Source: Hormiphora californensis (taxonomy: Eukaryota > Animalia > Ctenophora). From it: a DNA stretch of 64,000 bases. Shown here piece by piece: positions 32,593 to 47,200 of this stretch. Location: the NCBI GenBank assembly GCA_020137815.1, contig CM035359.1, forward strand, positions 4,960,001 through 5,024,000. The letters are read 5' to 3'. A program made the translations under genes and the position numbers. Under the pieces are notes generated by a model. That model saw only the letters and a list, made by a program, of their open reading frames with translations, searched no databases and had not been told where the DNA came from. How positions within the stretch are numbered: the first letter of the stretch is position 1; each line of letters starts with the position of its first letter.

Positions 32593-33749
32593 ATGTATAG
32601 TGTTACCGTCACCCACGGTACACGTAAACATCTCATTTCCTTTGGAGAATGCCCCTCGCCCACAACGGAGGAGCTAGCTATGGAAATTGAGAAAGTAACC
32701 CAGGTCCCACTTTCCCAGCAGAAACTCATCTTTAAAGGTATGTAATAGTGCTCAGCTAAACTTTCTTAATTGCATTGTTTCTGTACCTATTCTAAATGTT
32801 GTCCCGATAAAAACATACACCACTGCACTTCAGTCTTCATATAAGAGCATCAACCTGACACCAACCTCTATAACAGGGAAGCAGTTGGAGATTGGAAATA
32901 TTGAACTAAGGAGCCTGAAAGTTGCCCCCGGAAGTAAAGTAATGATGCTTGGTAGACAACTTAATTCCGAGTCAGAAGCTGTCAAAACTGAAATTATGAA
33001 GGTAAAGTGATTGTTTTAGAGCTTCAGTTTCCCCTAATTTGTGCAAATGTCTAAGCTAGTAGTATGCGATCTATTCGGCCATGATGTGTGAACGTTTGTA
33101 TTTCCCAAGGTGAAATCAGAAGGAGAAAAGATAAGTTCCAAGATATCGGATCTCGAAGATCAGCTAACTGGGATTCACAACGTATGTAAGTGAGAGTGTG
33201 TGTCAAGTGGTGTGATCCTCGCCATCTAGTGTGATTTAATTAATTACTATGTATATGGATTATGTTGTCTTTGTAGAATCGTTGAGTGTTAAAAATCAGC
33301 TGGATTAATGTTGTTGGTTATTGTTTAAACTCTAATTATAATCTCTCCCTCTCTCTTATTCTTATATAACTATCTCTCCCCTCTCTCTCTAATTCTGATA
33401 TAACTATCTCTCCACAGGGTCACCTTCCATCAGAGTTACAGGGTGAGGCCCTGGCCAAAATACACAAACAATGTGTGGGCACTGTCGAACACATAATGAA
33501 GCTCCTGGAGCAACTTGACAGCCTGGTTAGTTGTGCACAAAACAGTCATTAATTAATTAAACTCTGGTAGAGGGATTCTTGAGCTCAATGGGAGTTGGGG
33601 CGGTAAACTTTATGAAATGATAATTGATATAATAATGGAGGTTTTTTCCCTGATATGTAATGATCAACTTTTTTTCAGCAAACATCTGATCAAAGTTTGA
33701 GGCAGTTGAAACGGAACACAGTTCTTTCAACTCAGGTGTGTAATAATAA

Positions 33750-33792
<43 letters not shown>

Positions 33793-33982
33793 GAGAGAAA
33801 GAGAGAAAGAGAGAGCTATAGAGAGAATGTGGACAACTAGAGAGAGTTAATTAGGGTAGCCCAAGAACTAGAATTTGACATGCAAGAGATATATAGTGTC
33901 ATCTTGTACCCCTCTTTTTATCACCCAACTACCGTTTCAGAAACTGTTGGACAGATGTGATAAGCTGATGGAAAAACTGTGA
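32593..33982 (+). CDS. BAG1: BAG family co-chaperone with ubiquitin-like and BAG domains
   Basis: Six exons: MYSVTVTHG...VPLSQQKLIFKG|KQL...PGSKVMMLGR...|GHLPSELQGEAL...MKLLEQLDSL|...LRQLKRNTVLSTQ|KLLDRCD. Confidence 0.85.
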
Positions 33983-34128
33983 TAAATTCCCGCCCCCTTT
34001 TTTACCAAATTGTGTACATTTTTTATTTGATGTGCAGTTATCTTACAATGTTTCGTTTCGCTGTTTCTATGTTTTCTCTCTCTCTCTCTCTCTCTCTCCC
34101 CCTCTCTCTCTCTCTCTCTCCCTCTCTC

Positions 34129-34190
<62 letters not shown>

Positions 34191-34273
34191 TCTCTCTCTC
34201 TCTCCCTCTCTCTCTCGCGCTCGCTCTCTTTCTCTCCTTAACTCTCTAACTCACTTCTTCTCATCTAGCGAGA

Positions 34274-37200
34274 ATGATCATTGAAGAAGTGGACTACCTT
34301 AAACAGTGGCTGATTGAGAAACTGAAAGCAATGTAAGAAACTCCCTTCCCACCCGTGCACGTGACCCTTGTAATTTGAATTGGCAGTTGGCACTGGTTTT
34401 CAGTCATCCTCTCTGTCCCACCCCAGTCACCCTCTCTCCCCCAGTCACCCTCTCTGTCCCACCCCAGTCATCCTCTCTCCCCCAGTCACCCTCTCTCCCC
34501 CGCAGATCTGAAGCAGACCCCAACGTTTTGGCGAAGTATGTGATAGCGCTGTTGAAGAAAGATGACAATTTTAACCAGGACTCATTTGTTGAACAGCTTG
34601 AGGTTTTCTTGAACGATGGTAGGTGTAGTAGTAGCCTTATTTTTCTGGCTTTCTTCCCCATTTGATTAGTCCCACTTCACGAATAACTTTTGAAATGTGT
34701 CCACTTCACCCAATTATGAGAACCCTGCCTCCCTCCTTAGCGACCACCCCAACTATCCCACCTCGCAACAAACGAACCTCCCTACTGACCATTTTCCTAG
34801 CCCCCTATAACAGCTCGCTAACTGTCCTCCCCGGCTCCATCTCGCTAACTGTCCCATTATTTTTCAGCGACTATACCGTTTGTTAGGAACCTTTGCGAGG
34901 TAATTGAGAGCAGAGAGTACATGCCCATACCTACCAAGAAGAAACGTGTTTTTACCGAGGTCAAGCGAGAACCAATCTCAGATGAGGTAAATATATATAT
35001 AATGATCATGATTCCGGACTTTTCTTGTTTGACCCCGTCTTCTGTCTTGCCTCTTTCTCTTTTCCCCTCCTTTATCTCTGTCCCACTCTCTGTCCCACTC
35101 CTACCCCTTGACCCCCTTTCCCAAATCCCAGATCCACCCACTCTATCCCTTCTCCCTAGATCTCCTCTCTTCACTCGATCATCTCCCAACCCCCTAGGTA
35201 TCCTCTCTTCTCTCTCAACCAGATCCTCCTCTCTCCCTAGGTATCCTCTCTCCACCCCCTCTCTCCCTAGGTCTCCTCCCTCCACCCCCTCTCTCCCTAG
35301 GTCTCCTCTCTTCTCTCTCAACCAGAATACCCTCTCTCCCTAGGTATCCTTTCTTCTCTCTCAACCAGAATACCCTCTCTCCCTAGGTCTCGGAGGTGAC
35401 TCATGTACAAGTGAAGGAAGAGCCGCGACACAGAGCCAGATCAGGCGGAGAGAGTAGGATGGAGCGGCGGATCCATATTGATCCTAAGGTACCTTCAACA
35501 ATGGTAAACACTAGTTACTTTCACTTTCATGGTAAACACTAGTTACTTTCACTTTCACTTTCAACCATTCTTAGCTTGGCTTGTTCTAGGAATTCATTCC
35601 TAATCGATGTCCTTAAAATGAGTATTGTGAACAACGGAGCTGTTAACTAATATAGACTAATTACTACAGACTGTTGATACAAGGTTGGTTGAGTTATCTG
35701 TTGATCCAGAGATAGATCTGGAGGACAAGCTGAGCGCGAGGAAACGAAGATTTGAGGAAGATAGAGATAGGAGGAAGCGATCCGGGTAAGTTATTATAGT
35801 GGTGATGAATTCCAAAGAAATCCAAAATGGGGTCTAACACCATCCCATTATCATACTCCCATCTAACTAAATTCACTTCGTTCAAATCATCACACGACAC
35901 ACTGTAGTCTGTACGCCGAATAAATTCTCCCTTTACTAACCCTTTCTCATTCTACAGGAGGCGAGAGGAAGAAAACTTTACTAGAAGGGTAGATAACTAC
36001 GATGAGAGAAGGGATAGGAGAGGGGGATATGGGGATTATAACAGGAGAGAAGAACGAGGGGATAGGATGTAAGTGTATCATCTAGTCAGGGCAGTTTAGT
36101 GATATATATTATGAATCATATGAATACTATGAATCATATTATAAATGAAAACACGGTGACTTTTGGGGCTGTGGCATTGCCACCACAGTTGAATTTAATT
36201 CGAATGGCTCATTTCCCCAATACAATAAGCATCCTCAATAAATAGTTTTACGTTGTAGTTGATGAAAGTTTGAAACTGAATAATGAATACTGAAAAATAG
36301 ATATATGCCCTCCGGCCTCCCCCGTGTCTGAAGTTTCCCCTTTCAGTCCCCAATGGGGGGGGGGACTCCCCATCCCATCCCAGTTATCTTTCCAATCTCT
36401 TCCCAATATCTTCCCAATGTCACTGTCTATCACTCTCCACCCCAACTACCCTCCTCTCCCGATCCCAGTTTCTAACCCCCTGACCTCTCTCTAACCCCCT
36501 CTCTATCCCCTATTTAGACGATCTGACGAGAGATCATATCGGGTTGACTACCCCAAATCAAGAAGACACCACTCTCCCCCATCACGCTACTCCAGATCTG
36601 CCTCACCCCCAACTCGACGGAGCCGCAGCCGGTCACCATCCAGAAACGGTAGGTAGTCCTTAGCAATCCTTTTGGGAAATGTTAGGGGTTATGATGAAAC
36701 TTGGTGGGGTAGAGGGGGTTTATATCGATGAAAGTTTATGAAACTAGATGGGGTAGTGGGGGAGAATGGCTATCAAAAGTAACCACTTTCACAGCCAATT
36801 AACGAGAACTAAAGTTACAAACTACTAGTTATTTGATTAAACTAATTAACAATTTCTCAGGTCGAATGTGTCGAGATTTTGTTGACAAGGGTTACTGCCT
36901 GCGGGGCGGTCTCTGCCCGTATGACCACGGAACGGACCCTGTGATAGTGGAGGAGAGTTCGCTTCCTGCTCTACTACACGCTGCCAAAAACCCCATCCTA
37001 CCTCCCCCTCCACCTGTATTCCCTAGCCTGCCTATATTCCCTCCCGGTGAGATTTGGGAAATATTTCAAGTGCACTTCACCGATTCCCCGTAAAATATGG
37101 GACAAATATTGCGTCAAGTTTGCACACACGACTAGCAAGTGAAAGTACGCGCGTTGGATATGGTCAGCACTTCGTAGTGGCGTGGTGACGCGCACTCACC

Positions 37201-37729
37201 GAAATCATATTTTCTGGTGTAACTAAATCAGTTACACTCACACAATTGTGTAACCAAATAAGTAACCCACTTGTGCTTCAGGTGACTTGCTGAGTACTCC
37301 TCTACCCATCATCCCTCCAGCAATTCCCTCTCAACCCCTCCCACCGCCACCACAATTAGCTACCACAACCGCCCCACCACCTTCAGGTTTGTTTATTTTG
37401 TTTGTTTGTTTGTTTTGTTTGTCTGTTTGTTAGTTTGTTTGTTTGTTTGTTTGTTTGTTTGTTTGTTAGTGCTGCGATTCCTTCAGATTTGTGTGTGACC
37501 ACTGACCTGCCCTGTTTTCTAAAAAGTAATCTGCAAAAAAGCAATGGTTTGGTATATAATTTAATTTTGTAATTTGAAATTAATGATATCACCCACTCCC
37601 CTAGTGTCAAGAGACAACAACTCCGGAAATAACAACAACAACAACCATCACAACAGCAACAGAAATAATTACAATCACAATGTGAAACGGGCACCTTCCA
37701 GCACAGGTAGGCTTCTCTCTCTCTCTCTC

Positions 37730-37819
<90 letters not shown>

Positions 37820-39986
37820 TCTCTCTCTCTCTCCCTATCTATCTTTCTATCTATCTCTATCTATCTCTCTCTCCCCAGGTACCCCTCGAAGTTTCAAGTT
37901 GGTAGATGGTTCCAACATTATCACAGGAGCCGTGGTCCCCACACCCCAACAGACCACCCTCATTATAAGGGATATACCCTACCAGAGTAATGATAGTGCG
38001 CTGGTATGTAAAGAGAGGGGTTGGATAGTAAAAAAGCTGTTTTGTTCAAACCCATTTGTTTTATTTTATAGAGCTAGGCAAAAAAGAGGCACTTTTTAGA
38101 AGGAGTTGCATTGGTAGCCACATTAGTAGATAGTGGAATAGTAGATAGTGGAATACAGCTATCTTCTTTATTTTTTCCCTGCCCTCAGTCCGTCAACTGA
38201 AAATTTTCCCATTCTCATGTCCCTTTTGATATGTTCTAACCCTTTTTTGTTATGTTCTAACCCTCCTTTACATTTGTTTCCCGTGCGGGACGTGGTGAAA
38301 CAGGGTCGAGCAAGGCAACCTCTTTCTAATTCCCCTCCCTCCCTCAGTTGTCACATCACCTGGGGCGGTTTGGTGCAATTAAACAGCTGCAGTGTAAGGT
38401 ATACAACGATAACCACACTGCGACAGTAGAGTTCCACAAACACGAGGCGGCTGTCAACTGCTTCAACTCTAATCTTGCTCTTCTCGGATGCAGGTGAAGA
38501 TCTTTTTGTGTTTGGGCCCTGAGCTGATCCCGCCCTGACCTATTGGCTAACAGCACAGACCTTAGCTCCCCCTCAGTTATTGGCGTTATCTTTGTTTCGC
38601 GTAATCCCATTTCAAGTTAATAAATCCCTCTTTTTTTTTAGGTACATCAAGTTATTTTGGAGGGAAGTGATACCCATTTCATTGGCTTCTACAGCCTTCA
38701 AAAATATTGGAAATGTCACCAAATCAACTATTCATCAAAACATGAATCTCGTCAACTCTTCAGTTACCACAGGTACGAGGGGGGCCGAAACTAGTTTAAT
38801 AATCGCTGTACGGACATCCCTTGCTCTACATTACCGAAACTAGTAATTTCTGTGCCTTACAATGATTTCTGTCCCTTACAACAATTTCTAACCCCTCTAG
38901 GAACAATACCACCAACTACCACCCCTCTCCATACTAACCCCTCTCCATTTAACCAGGCACAACACCAGCCCCAGTTTCTACAGCCCCATCTACCACCCCT
39001 AACACAACGACCAAAGAGGAAACTAAAACAAAAAAGTTGGAACTGGCCAAGAGAACCCAGGGATTACTGTCTCAGAACTTGGCCAACCAGAAACTAATTC
39101 TAAACAAGTTGGAAACGTGCAAGGTATACATTGTGACACATGTGTATAGCCACAATCGTGTTGGGAAATAATAGAGATCCGTCAGAGAGACCCATTTACC
39201 ATTAATTTGTAAACTTGTAAAATCAAAAGTGTTACAACTTCTGAAATATTTTTCACTCACATCCCCAATATATTATTCAGGTATCCTCCGAGAAGAAAGA
39301 GATGATGCAAACTCTTAAAAAGCTACAAGAATCACACGCTACCATCAAGGCTAGCCTGGGCAGTCTGGATCTGGATCAAAGGAAAAGGAAAACACCCGTC
39401 TCCCATGGACCCAAAACAACCCTGGGAGTGGCGACCAACCTTGATTTGCGGCCCAGGGAGATAATTGTGAAGAACTGCGACAACGCAGAGGAGCTTCATG
39501 AACATTTTAGGTAATTAGATATAGCTAATTAGGTAGGTACTTGATTACAAAATTAGCCATAATTAGGTACTGGCTATCCTAAATCTAACCCATGGATCTA
39601 ACTCCTTATTTCCCAGTAAATTTGGTTCCTGTACCGTGCTACCCTCTGGTGTGGGGGTCATTATTGGGTTCGATAAGAGGAGGGACGCAGAGATGGCATT
39701 TGTGAAGGGCAGGATGGTAGAGGATCAGGAGTTGGAGATAGAGTGGAACATTCCCGAGGATGTACAACAGGCTAAAACTCAGGTAACCATGGTGATTCAG
39801 TTGGTAACTATGGTGATTTAGCTGGTAACCAGGGGTTACCATGGTGATTTAGCTGGTAACGATGGTGATTATGGTTTATTTTTACCTTAGGTACTGCAAC
39901 CAACTAGAAGTTGCAGATTTAAGATTTTTCCTCTCACTTTTGCAACATTTCTCTCTTTGCAGGTACCAGTTGAACCTATAAGATGA
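34274..39986 (+). CDS. RBM26: RBM26/RBM27 RNA-binding protein (PWI, RS region, CCCH zinc finger, RRMs)
   Basis: LKQWLIEKL...SEADPNVLAKYVIALLKKD...QLEVFL; CRDFVDKGYCLRGGLCPYDHGTDPVIVE; an RRM (HHLGRFGAI...AAVNCF...YIKLFW); DLRPREI and a second RRM. 3' end approximate. Confidence 0.9.
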
Positions 39987-41281
39987 AAATGAGGAAGTAA
40001 CGGACCAACAACGCAGACTCCGCCACCGGTGGAAGGAGAGAGAGATAGAGACTCTAAAAATTGGGGATAGATTGTCATGGGTTTAGCGTGACCTCGTTTT
40101 AAAGTGTGTGTGTGTGTGTGTTTGAACTGTGTTTTTTCTGTCCGGAGATTTTGAAAGGGGAATCGTTGGATGAGCTGCCATGATTTTTAATCTTCCCCAA
40201 ACAACTTGTTTTGTGCGGCGAGTGTAAGGACAAATAGCGATGTTTTTTTCTGTTTTTGGCGAAAATCCAAGTGTGACCAAGTTTTGTCAAAAGAATAATT
40301 AGTGTTCCCTAATATACCATATAACATATTCTATTCTAATTACGTTCAAACAGAAAACAAAATCCTGAGAGAATCAATGCCAACTGTCAAAAACAGATCA
40401 AAAAAGTTATTTTTAGTCGGTCCCCTGAGAAGGGGGCCGTCACCAGAAACCCTACCGTGTTTTACTTTGAACAACATCAAGACATCATATGACTGCAATG
40501 ATAGCGACAGATCGCACATAGCATCCAGCAGGCCACACAGTGCCGCCAGACAGCACACTGTGTGGGCCGGGGGAAACACACCTGTCAGGCCAATGCTCTG
40601 ACAGAGACACACTGAAGTTGCGATCGAACATGTTGATCAGATCTCAACACGTGATGGTTCAATGTGTCAACCCACGGCCCACTCACTGTGTGGCCTGCTG
40701 GGTGCTATGGCCTATGTGGGATCTGGCGATCTGATCATCAGTGGGGTGATCTGATACTCGGTGGAAGAGACCACTTTTATTGCCGAAGAAATTCACGAGG
40801 ACCTGCAAGAGTTCCAGAGCATTGGCCTGACCTGTCTGCGGACCCCATCTGAGTCAGATTCTGACCATACTGAGGTCATATCTCTTTGAGGGGTCCCTTA
40901 GCTGCAGCTTTCGCTGTGTGGGACCCCTGGGTGTGTGTGACGATATTTGAAAACTAGTTTATTATAAATGTTTCCCACCCAAAATAGTTCGACCCAATAA
41001 AAATATCAGTGTGGTCAGATGGGGTCCGCGGCGCCAGACAGGTCCTGGCCCTTGTTATGTTCTAACCCTCCCTTTACTGTTACATTTGTAGGTTGATGAT
41101 CTCCTGGTGCACCGGGTGATTGGGTGAATGAGTGACGCACGCAGTACGCACACTGTCACAGTGTCACTGTGAAGTGTGAACATCATGGTGTAAACAAATA
41201 AAATCTTGGGATAAATGCAAAACTAAAACTAACCCTTTCAAAATAAATTAGTTCGATTCAGTAACAATCTCCCCTTCCTTT

Positions 41282-44200
41282 TCAGTATTCCTCATCAAGA
41301 GTTGTTGGGAAAGTAACGGTTCTGCACTCAAGTTCCATGGGTTCTGCGTCATGTCCGGTAGATATATCTTGGTAGAAGGGTGAGAAGAGGTGGGGAGGTG
41401 ATATTTGTACCCCTCCATCTATCAAAAACGTACTGTCCTCCACTTCCTGTTGTGGTAGTTCAGTTTTAAGGGGGATAGTAGTTAGTAGGGAAATTATAAA
41501 TATGTTAGTTATCGTATTTTTGTTCATCATGTGTGTGTGTTTGTCATATCACTGACATTGTCAGGCACTGACTCAGACTGACTATAATTTACCTGTGCAG
41601 TAGTGTCAGTGCAATGGTTCAGGTTCATTGTACAGGAAGATCCCAGTGTACGGGTAACCATGAAACTCTTTGCAGGTTCCACATATCTCAAATTTACTAG
41701 CTCCTTGTCACATGGGAAATTACCCCTGAAGTGTGGAATCACATAGCAGGAACCGACCGAAACAAGTAAACAACCAATTAGAACTCGTTATTTAGGTCAC
41801 GTGACTGGTTATCAGCCAATCAGGGACCAGTATTTCCTGATTCGGTCGGTTCCTGTCACATAGTCATGGATAATCAAATGGAGAAATTGAAAACTATATT
41901 GCATATACTATTATGTTTGTGGTATTTACATTAGTTGGACAGGCTCAGGAAGGATTTCTAGAGGTTTAGTGTAGGAAATGTAGGGTTGATGTAAAAGAGA
42001 CTGCTGAACTAGGTGGCTTAGTTGAGACGGAAACTCTACTGTGTATCCATATTCCCCTGCCTGATCACTCAGTATAGTTCACTACTTGGCTCCTCCTCTC
42101 CAGGAGAAGCCTGAGTTTTCCAGGTGTCGCTAGGTTTCCAGGTAAAGTTCTCTGAAGTCCCCTACCATCGTCACTTGGTGTCTTACGGTCCAACATAACC
42201 TCTATACTTCCTAGTAGAGCATTAGTTAGTTAATTCTGTTATGAATCACTAAACAACTGTACCATACTAGTACTACTAGACCCCGTTTTGATTGATTACA
42301 GTGCACTTAGAACTCAGATTGGCTTCGCCAGACTGAGTATAACTACAGAGTCCCTACCTTCAAATAAAGAGGCTGCTCCATGGGGTTCCGTGCTTAGTAT
42401 AGTTAGCCGTCGAGAGGGGTCTTGAATAAACGCCATAGTAGGCATTGGGAAGTAGTTACCCTGAGGGAGAGAGAGAGAATGATGATGAGATAGTTGTCCT
42501 GGGTCCTGAAGGCCGGGAGAAAGATAGAGATAATATAGAGATAGCAGGGGGTTTACTTGGGTGAATAGTTTGTCCTTATATCGGTGCTACCTGGGTGTAT
42601 AGTTTGTCCTTATATCGGTGCTACCTGGGTGTATAGTTTGTCCTTATATCGGTGCTACCTGGGTGAATAGTTTGTCCTTATATCGGTGCTACCTGGGTGA
42701 ATAGTTTGTCCTTATATCGGTGCTACCTGGGTGAATAGTTTGTCCTTATATCGGTGCTACCTGGGTGAATAGTTTGTCCTTATATCGGTGCTACCTGGGT
42801 GTATAGTTTGTCCTTATATCGGTGCTACCTGGGTGAATAGTTTGTCCTTATATCGGTGCTACCTGGGTGAATAGTTTGTCCTTATATCGGTGCTACCTGG
42901 GTGAATAGTTTGTCCTTATATCGGTGCTACCTGGGTGAATAGTTTGTCCTTATATCGGTGCTACCTGGGTGAATAGTTTGTCCTTATATCGGTGCTACCT
43001 GGGTGAATAGTTTGTCCTTATATCGGTGCTACCTGGGTGAATAGTTTGTCCTTATATCGGTGCTACCTGGGTGTATAGTTTGTCCTTATATCGGTGCTAC
43101 CTGGGTGAATAGTTTGTCCTTATATCGGTGCTACCTGGGTGAATAGTTTGTCCTTATATCGGTGCTACCTGGGCGAATAGTTTGTCCTTATATCGGTGCT
43201 ACCTGGGTGAATAGTTTGTCCTTATATCGGTGCTACCTGGGTGAATAGTTTGTCCTTATATCGGTGCTACCTGAGTGTATAGTTTGTCCTTATATCGGTG
43301 CTACCTGGGTGAATAGTTTGTCCTTATATCGGTGCTACCTGGGTGAATAGTTTGTCCTTATATCGGTGCTACCTGGGTGAATAGTTTGTCCTTATATCGG
43401 TGCTACCTGGGTGAATAGTTTGTCCTTATATCGGTGCTACCTGGGTGAATAGTTTGTCCTTATATCGGTGCTACCTGGGTGAATAGTTTGTCCTTATATC
43501 GGTGCTACCTGGGTGAATAGTTTGTCCTTATATCGGTGCTACCTGGGTGAATAGTTTGTCCTTATATCGGTGCTACCTGGGTGAATAGTTTGTCCTTATA
43601 TCGGTGCTACCTGGGTGAATAGTTTGTCCTTATATCGGTGCTACCTGGGTGTATAGTTTGTCCTTATATCGGTGCTACCTGGGTGAATAGTTTGTCCTTA
43701 TATCGGTGCTACCTGGGTGTATAGTTTGTCCTTATATCGGTGCTACCTGGGTGAATAGTTTGTCCTTATATCGGTGCTACCTGGGTGAATAGTTTGTCCT
43801 TATATCGGTGCTACCTGGGTGAATAGTTTGTCCTTATATCGGTGCTACCTGGGTGAATAGTTTGTCCTTATATCGGTGCTACCTGGGTGAATAGTTTGTC
43901 CTTATATCGGTGCTACCTGGGTGAATAGTTTGTCCTTATATCGGTGCTACCTGGGTGAATAGTTTGTCCTTATATCGGTGCTACCTGGGTGAATAGTTTG
44001 TCCTTATATCGGTGCTACCTGGGTGAATAGTTTGTCCTTATATCGGTGCTACCTGGGTGAATAGTTTGTCCTTATATCGGTGCTACCTGGGTGAATAGTT
44101 TGTCCTTATATCGGTGCTACCTGGGTGTATAGTTTGTCCTTATATCGGTGCTACCTGGGTGAATAGTTTGTCCTTATATCGGTGCTACCTGGGTGTATAG

Positions 44201-47200
44201 TTTGTCCTTATATCGGTGCTACCTGGGTGAATAGTTTGTCCTTATATCGGTGCTACCTGGGTGAATAGTTTGTCCTTATATCGGTGCTACCTGGGTGAAT
44301 AGTTTGTCCTTATATCGGTGCTACCTGAGTGTATAGTTTGTCCTTATATCGGTGCTCCTGAAGGGTGTGACCGTTCAGATCGGTAAATATCGTCCTCTTA
44401 TTCTGGATATCTGTTTGGAAGCGCATCACCATATCTCCAAATGTATCGAGAGTAGTGAGCAGCTCTACATCAACATATTCACCTTCTGGACCTAGTGTGG
44501 TGGGATATATACAGGGGTGGGCATAAAAAATGTCCGCCCTAGACTAGCATAGTTCCAGATATCGTAGAGGGCTAAAACTTAGCAGAGTTACTCTATAGAA
44601 CAAATAAATAGGTTGACCAAAATTTCAGACTTTTAGCTCAAAGTTCATTTTTTTGATCGGAATGAACATTGTCAGTCATTCCAAAAAACATGAATTTTCG
44701 GTCCAGAAGTCAAACAATTGTCTTTGGCTATCGAATTTCTTTCAAATGCGACCAAGAAAATCGAAAACGGACAAACACAAGGCACACAGAGGTCATGTTT
44801 CCGACAGTTAGTCAAGTCACGTGATCCCTATCGAATCGTGGACTATTCTGAATTGCTAATCAGGATTAGTGGTGGAGAATCACGTATCACAGCCGCCAAT
44901 GAGGGATGACGAAGATGATTGGCCATGAGATCCGAGACTCATTAACAAGTGGCCTCTTTATTCCAGTGCTCTCGAATCACATGTCGCTTTTTCGATACAC
45001 ATTCCTCATTAGCGGCTATGATACGTGATTCTTTCCCAATAAGCCTGACCAGCAATTCAGAAAGTTGTCCACGATTCGGTGAGGATCACATGACCTGACT
45101 AACTGCCAGAAACATGATCACTGTGTGCCTTGTGGTTGTCTGTGTTTGATTTTCTTGGTCGCATTTGAAAGAAATTCGATAGCCAAAGACAATTGTTTGA
45201 CTTCTGGAGCAAAAATGTATGTTTTTTTGGAATGAATGACAATGTTCATTCCGATCAAAAAATGAACTTTGAGCTAAAAGTCTGAAATTTTGGTCAACCT
45301 ATTTATTTGTCCCATAGAGTAACTCTGCCAAATTTTAGCGCTCTACAATATCTGGAACCATGCTAGTCTAGGGCGGACATTTTTTATGCCCACCCCTGTA
45401 TATGTTGATTGTTGGGAAATATATTCTGGGAGAAAAACCGGGATCTGGGCAAGTTTGATTCTGAGATGAAAATATATATTAAGCGAGAACTATAACACTG
45501 ATGCCTACCTTCGACCATATTGATAGTATAGGAGATAGTGATGTATTTATCGAACCGAACTATGGCACGGTGTCTAACTGGGCCTCTCATTACCACAATA
45601 GACGGCCTATCTTTCTCTCCGACTGAGAGATGGCTTGGTTTATGAAGGAGTAAAATGTAAATCGGTTCATTATTATTATATCTGACTCCATCCCTCACTC
45701 TCTACTTTACTTACGCAGCACTTCCTCCCCGATAGGTCTAAAAAGATAAGCCCCGCTCCTGGCAGCATCGTACAGGACAATGGTCTGATTGATATCCACT
45801 ATTGTTCCATCCCGCCAAACAGAGAGAAGTTGTCCGGAATGACAATCTATAGCTGCACCGACCCGTTCAGTGCCAATATTGATAGCATTGCATTCTTCAT
45901 CAGGAGGGTGATCGACCCTGTTCCATTCCGTTAACTGATCCTCATCCAATGAGATGTTATCATGGTTGTATGTTTCCACCCGTGCACGGGCAGCAGCATC
46001 ATATGCTTCAACTAGAGACACTCTGTAGAGATAAAACAGTTGTTATTCTCTTGGGATTTTCTAACAGGGTGATCGAGCAAGGCAATTATATTCTCTCGGG
46101 AGTCGGGACCCTTATAAAATCGGTAAATCGGGTCCAACTGCATTATATTACTCACGGTGTTAGAGATACAGGGCTGGTATGTTTTGTAAAAACAATTTTA
46201 GATGAATTCCTGTCCAGCTGACCATAGTCATAGTTAGGTTCAATTTGATATACCGTGTCTCTGATCTGGAATTGGCGGTGAAATTGTTTTGAACTCTCGA
46301 ATTTTTTCAGATCATGACCCCATCTGAGCGCACTGAGAATCAAATTGGGGTATGGTGCCGCCATACAGGAAAATATTGAATCTGCCCTTCATGATACCTC
46401 AAGCAGCTCCGTCCCTTCCACTGCAACACTGTGGACTGATAAAAAATCTCTGGGTAAGGAGTTGTAGATGACAAGAGTTCCCGTCCCGTTCAGCGGTGAA
46501 TCCTTTTCATAATCATCGAATCTATGCCGGTAAGTTGTAGGTAATGTGTCAAGGGAGAGAAGGTGCTTCGTTGCTGAGGCCAGTATATATCTACAGCCGT
46601 CCCAGGCGTTTAGAAGCCTGGGAAAAATGCAATTACAGTGTTATACCCCGAATGTACAATGTATAGTGTGTACAGTGTACACTGTACACTGTGTACTTGA
46701 TTCATGAACATGCAAGTGTGCGCGTTCCCGCTCTCGCGCACATTTCTCACATCAGTGTCACGGCGCGCTACTGCGAGAACACAACATCACAGCACATCTA
46801 ATTTGTGACATTGGGGTCACCACACACCAAAGTTAAAATTAAAATTAAAATTTTGATTTTAAAACCGCACACACCAGCGGCCGTTAAAATTTCTCTCCCC
46901 ATTCTAAAAGTAACAATCTCACGCACGATTTTGACGGTCGCGTTGGATGACAAAATTTTAACACGCCGTTAAAATCGCGCACGAGATTGTTACTTTTAGA
47001 ATGGGGGAGAGAAATTTTAACGGCCGCTGGTGTGTGCGGGTTTAAAATCAAAATTTTAATTTTAATTTTAACTTTGGTGTGTGGTGACCCTTAGCCCATG
47101 TGTCATTGAGTGCACCATCTGTTGGGACAATGTGACCTGCTGGATTGAATTGTCAATTCATACCTGCCTCCATAATCCGCCACAACGTGTTCCCTAGCTG

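Noticed and set aside
42553-44356. CRISPR-like appearance of the 34-bp (and 39-bp) arrays
   Set aside because: There are no unique spacers or cas genes, the context is a eukaryotic intron, and the units derive from the adjacent exon end.
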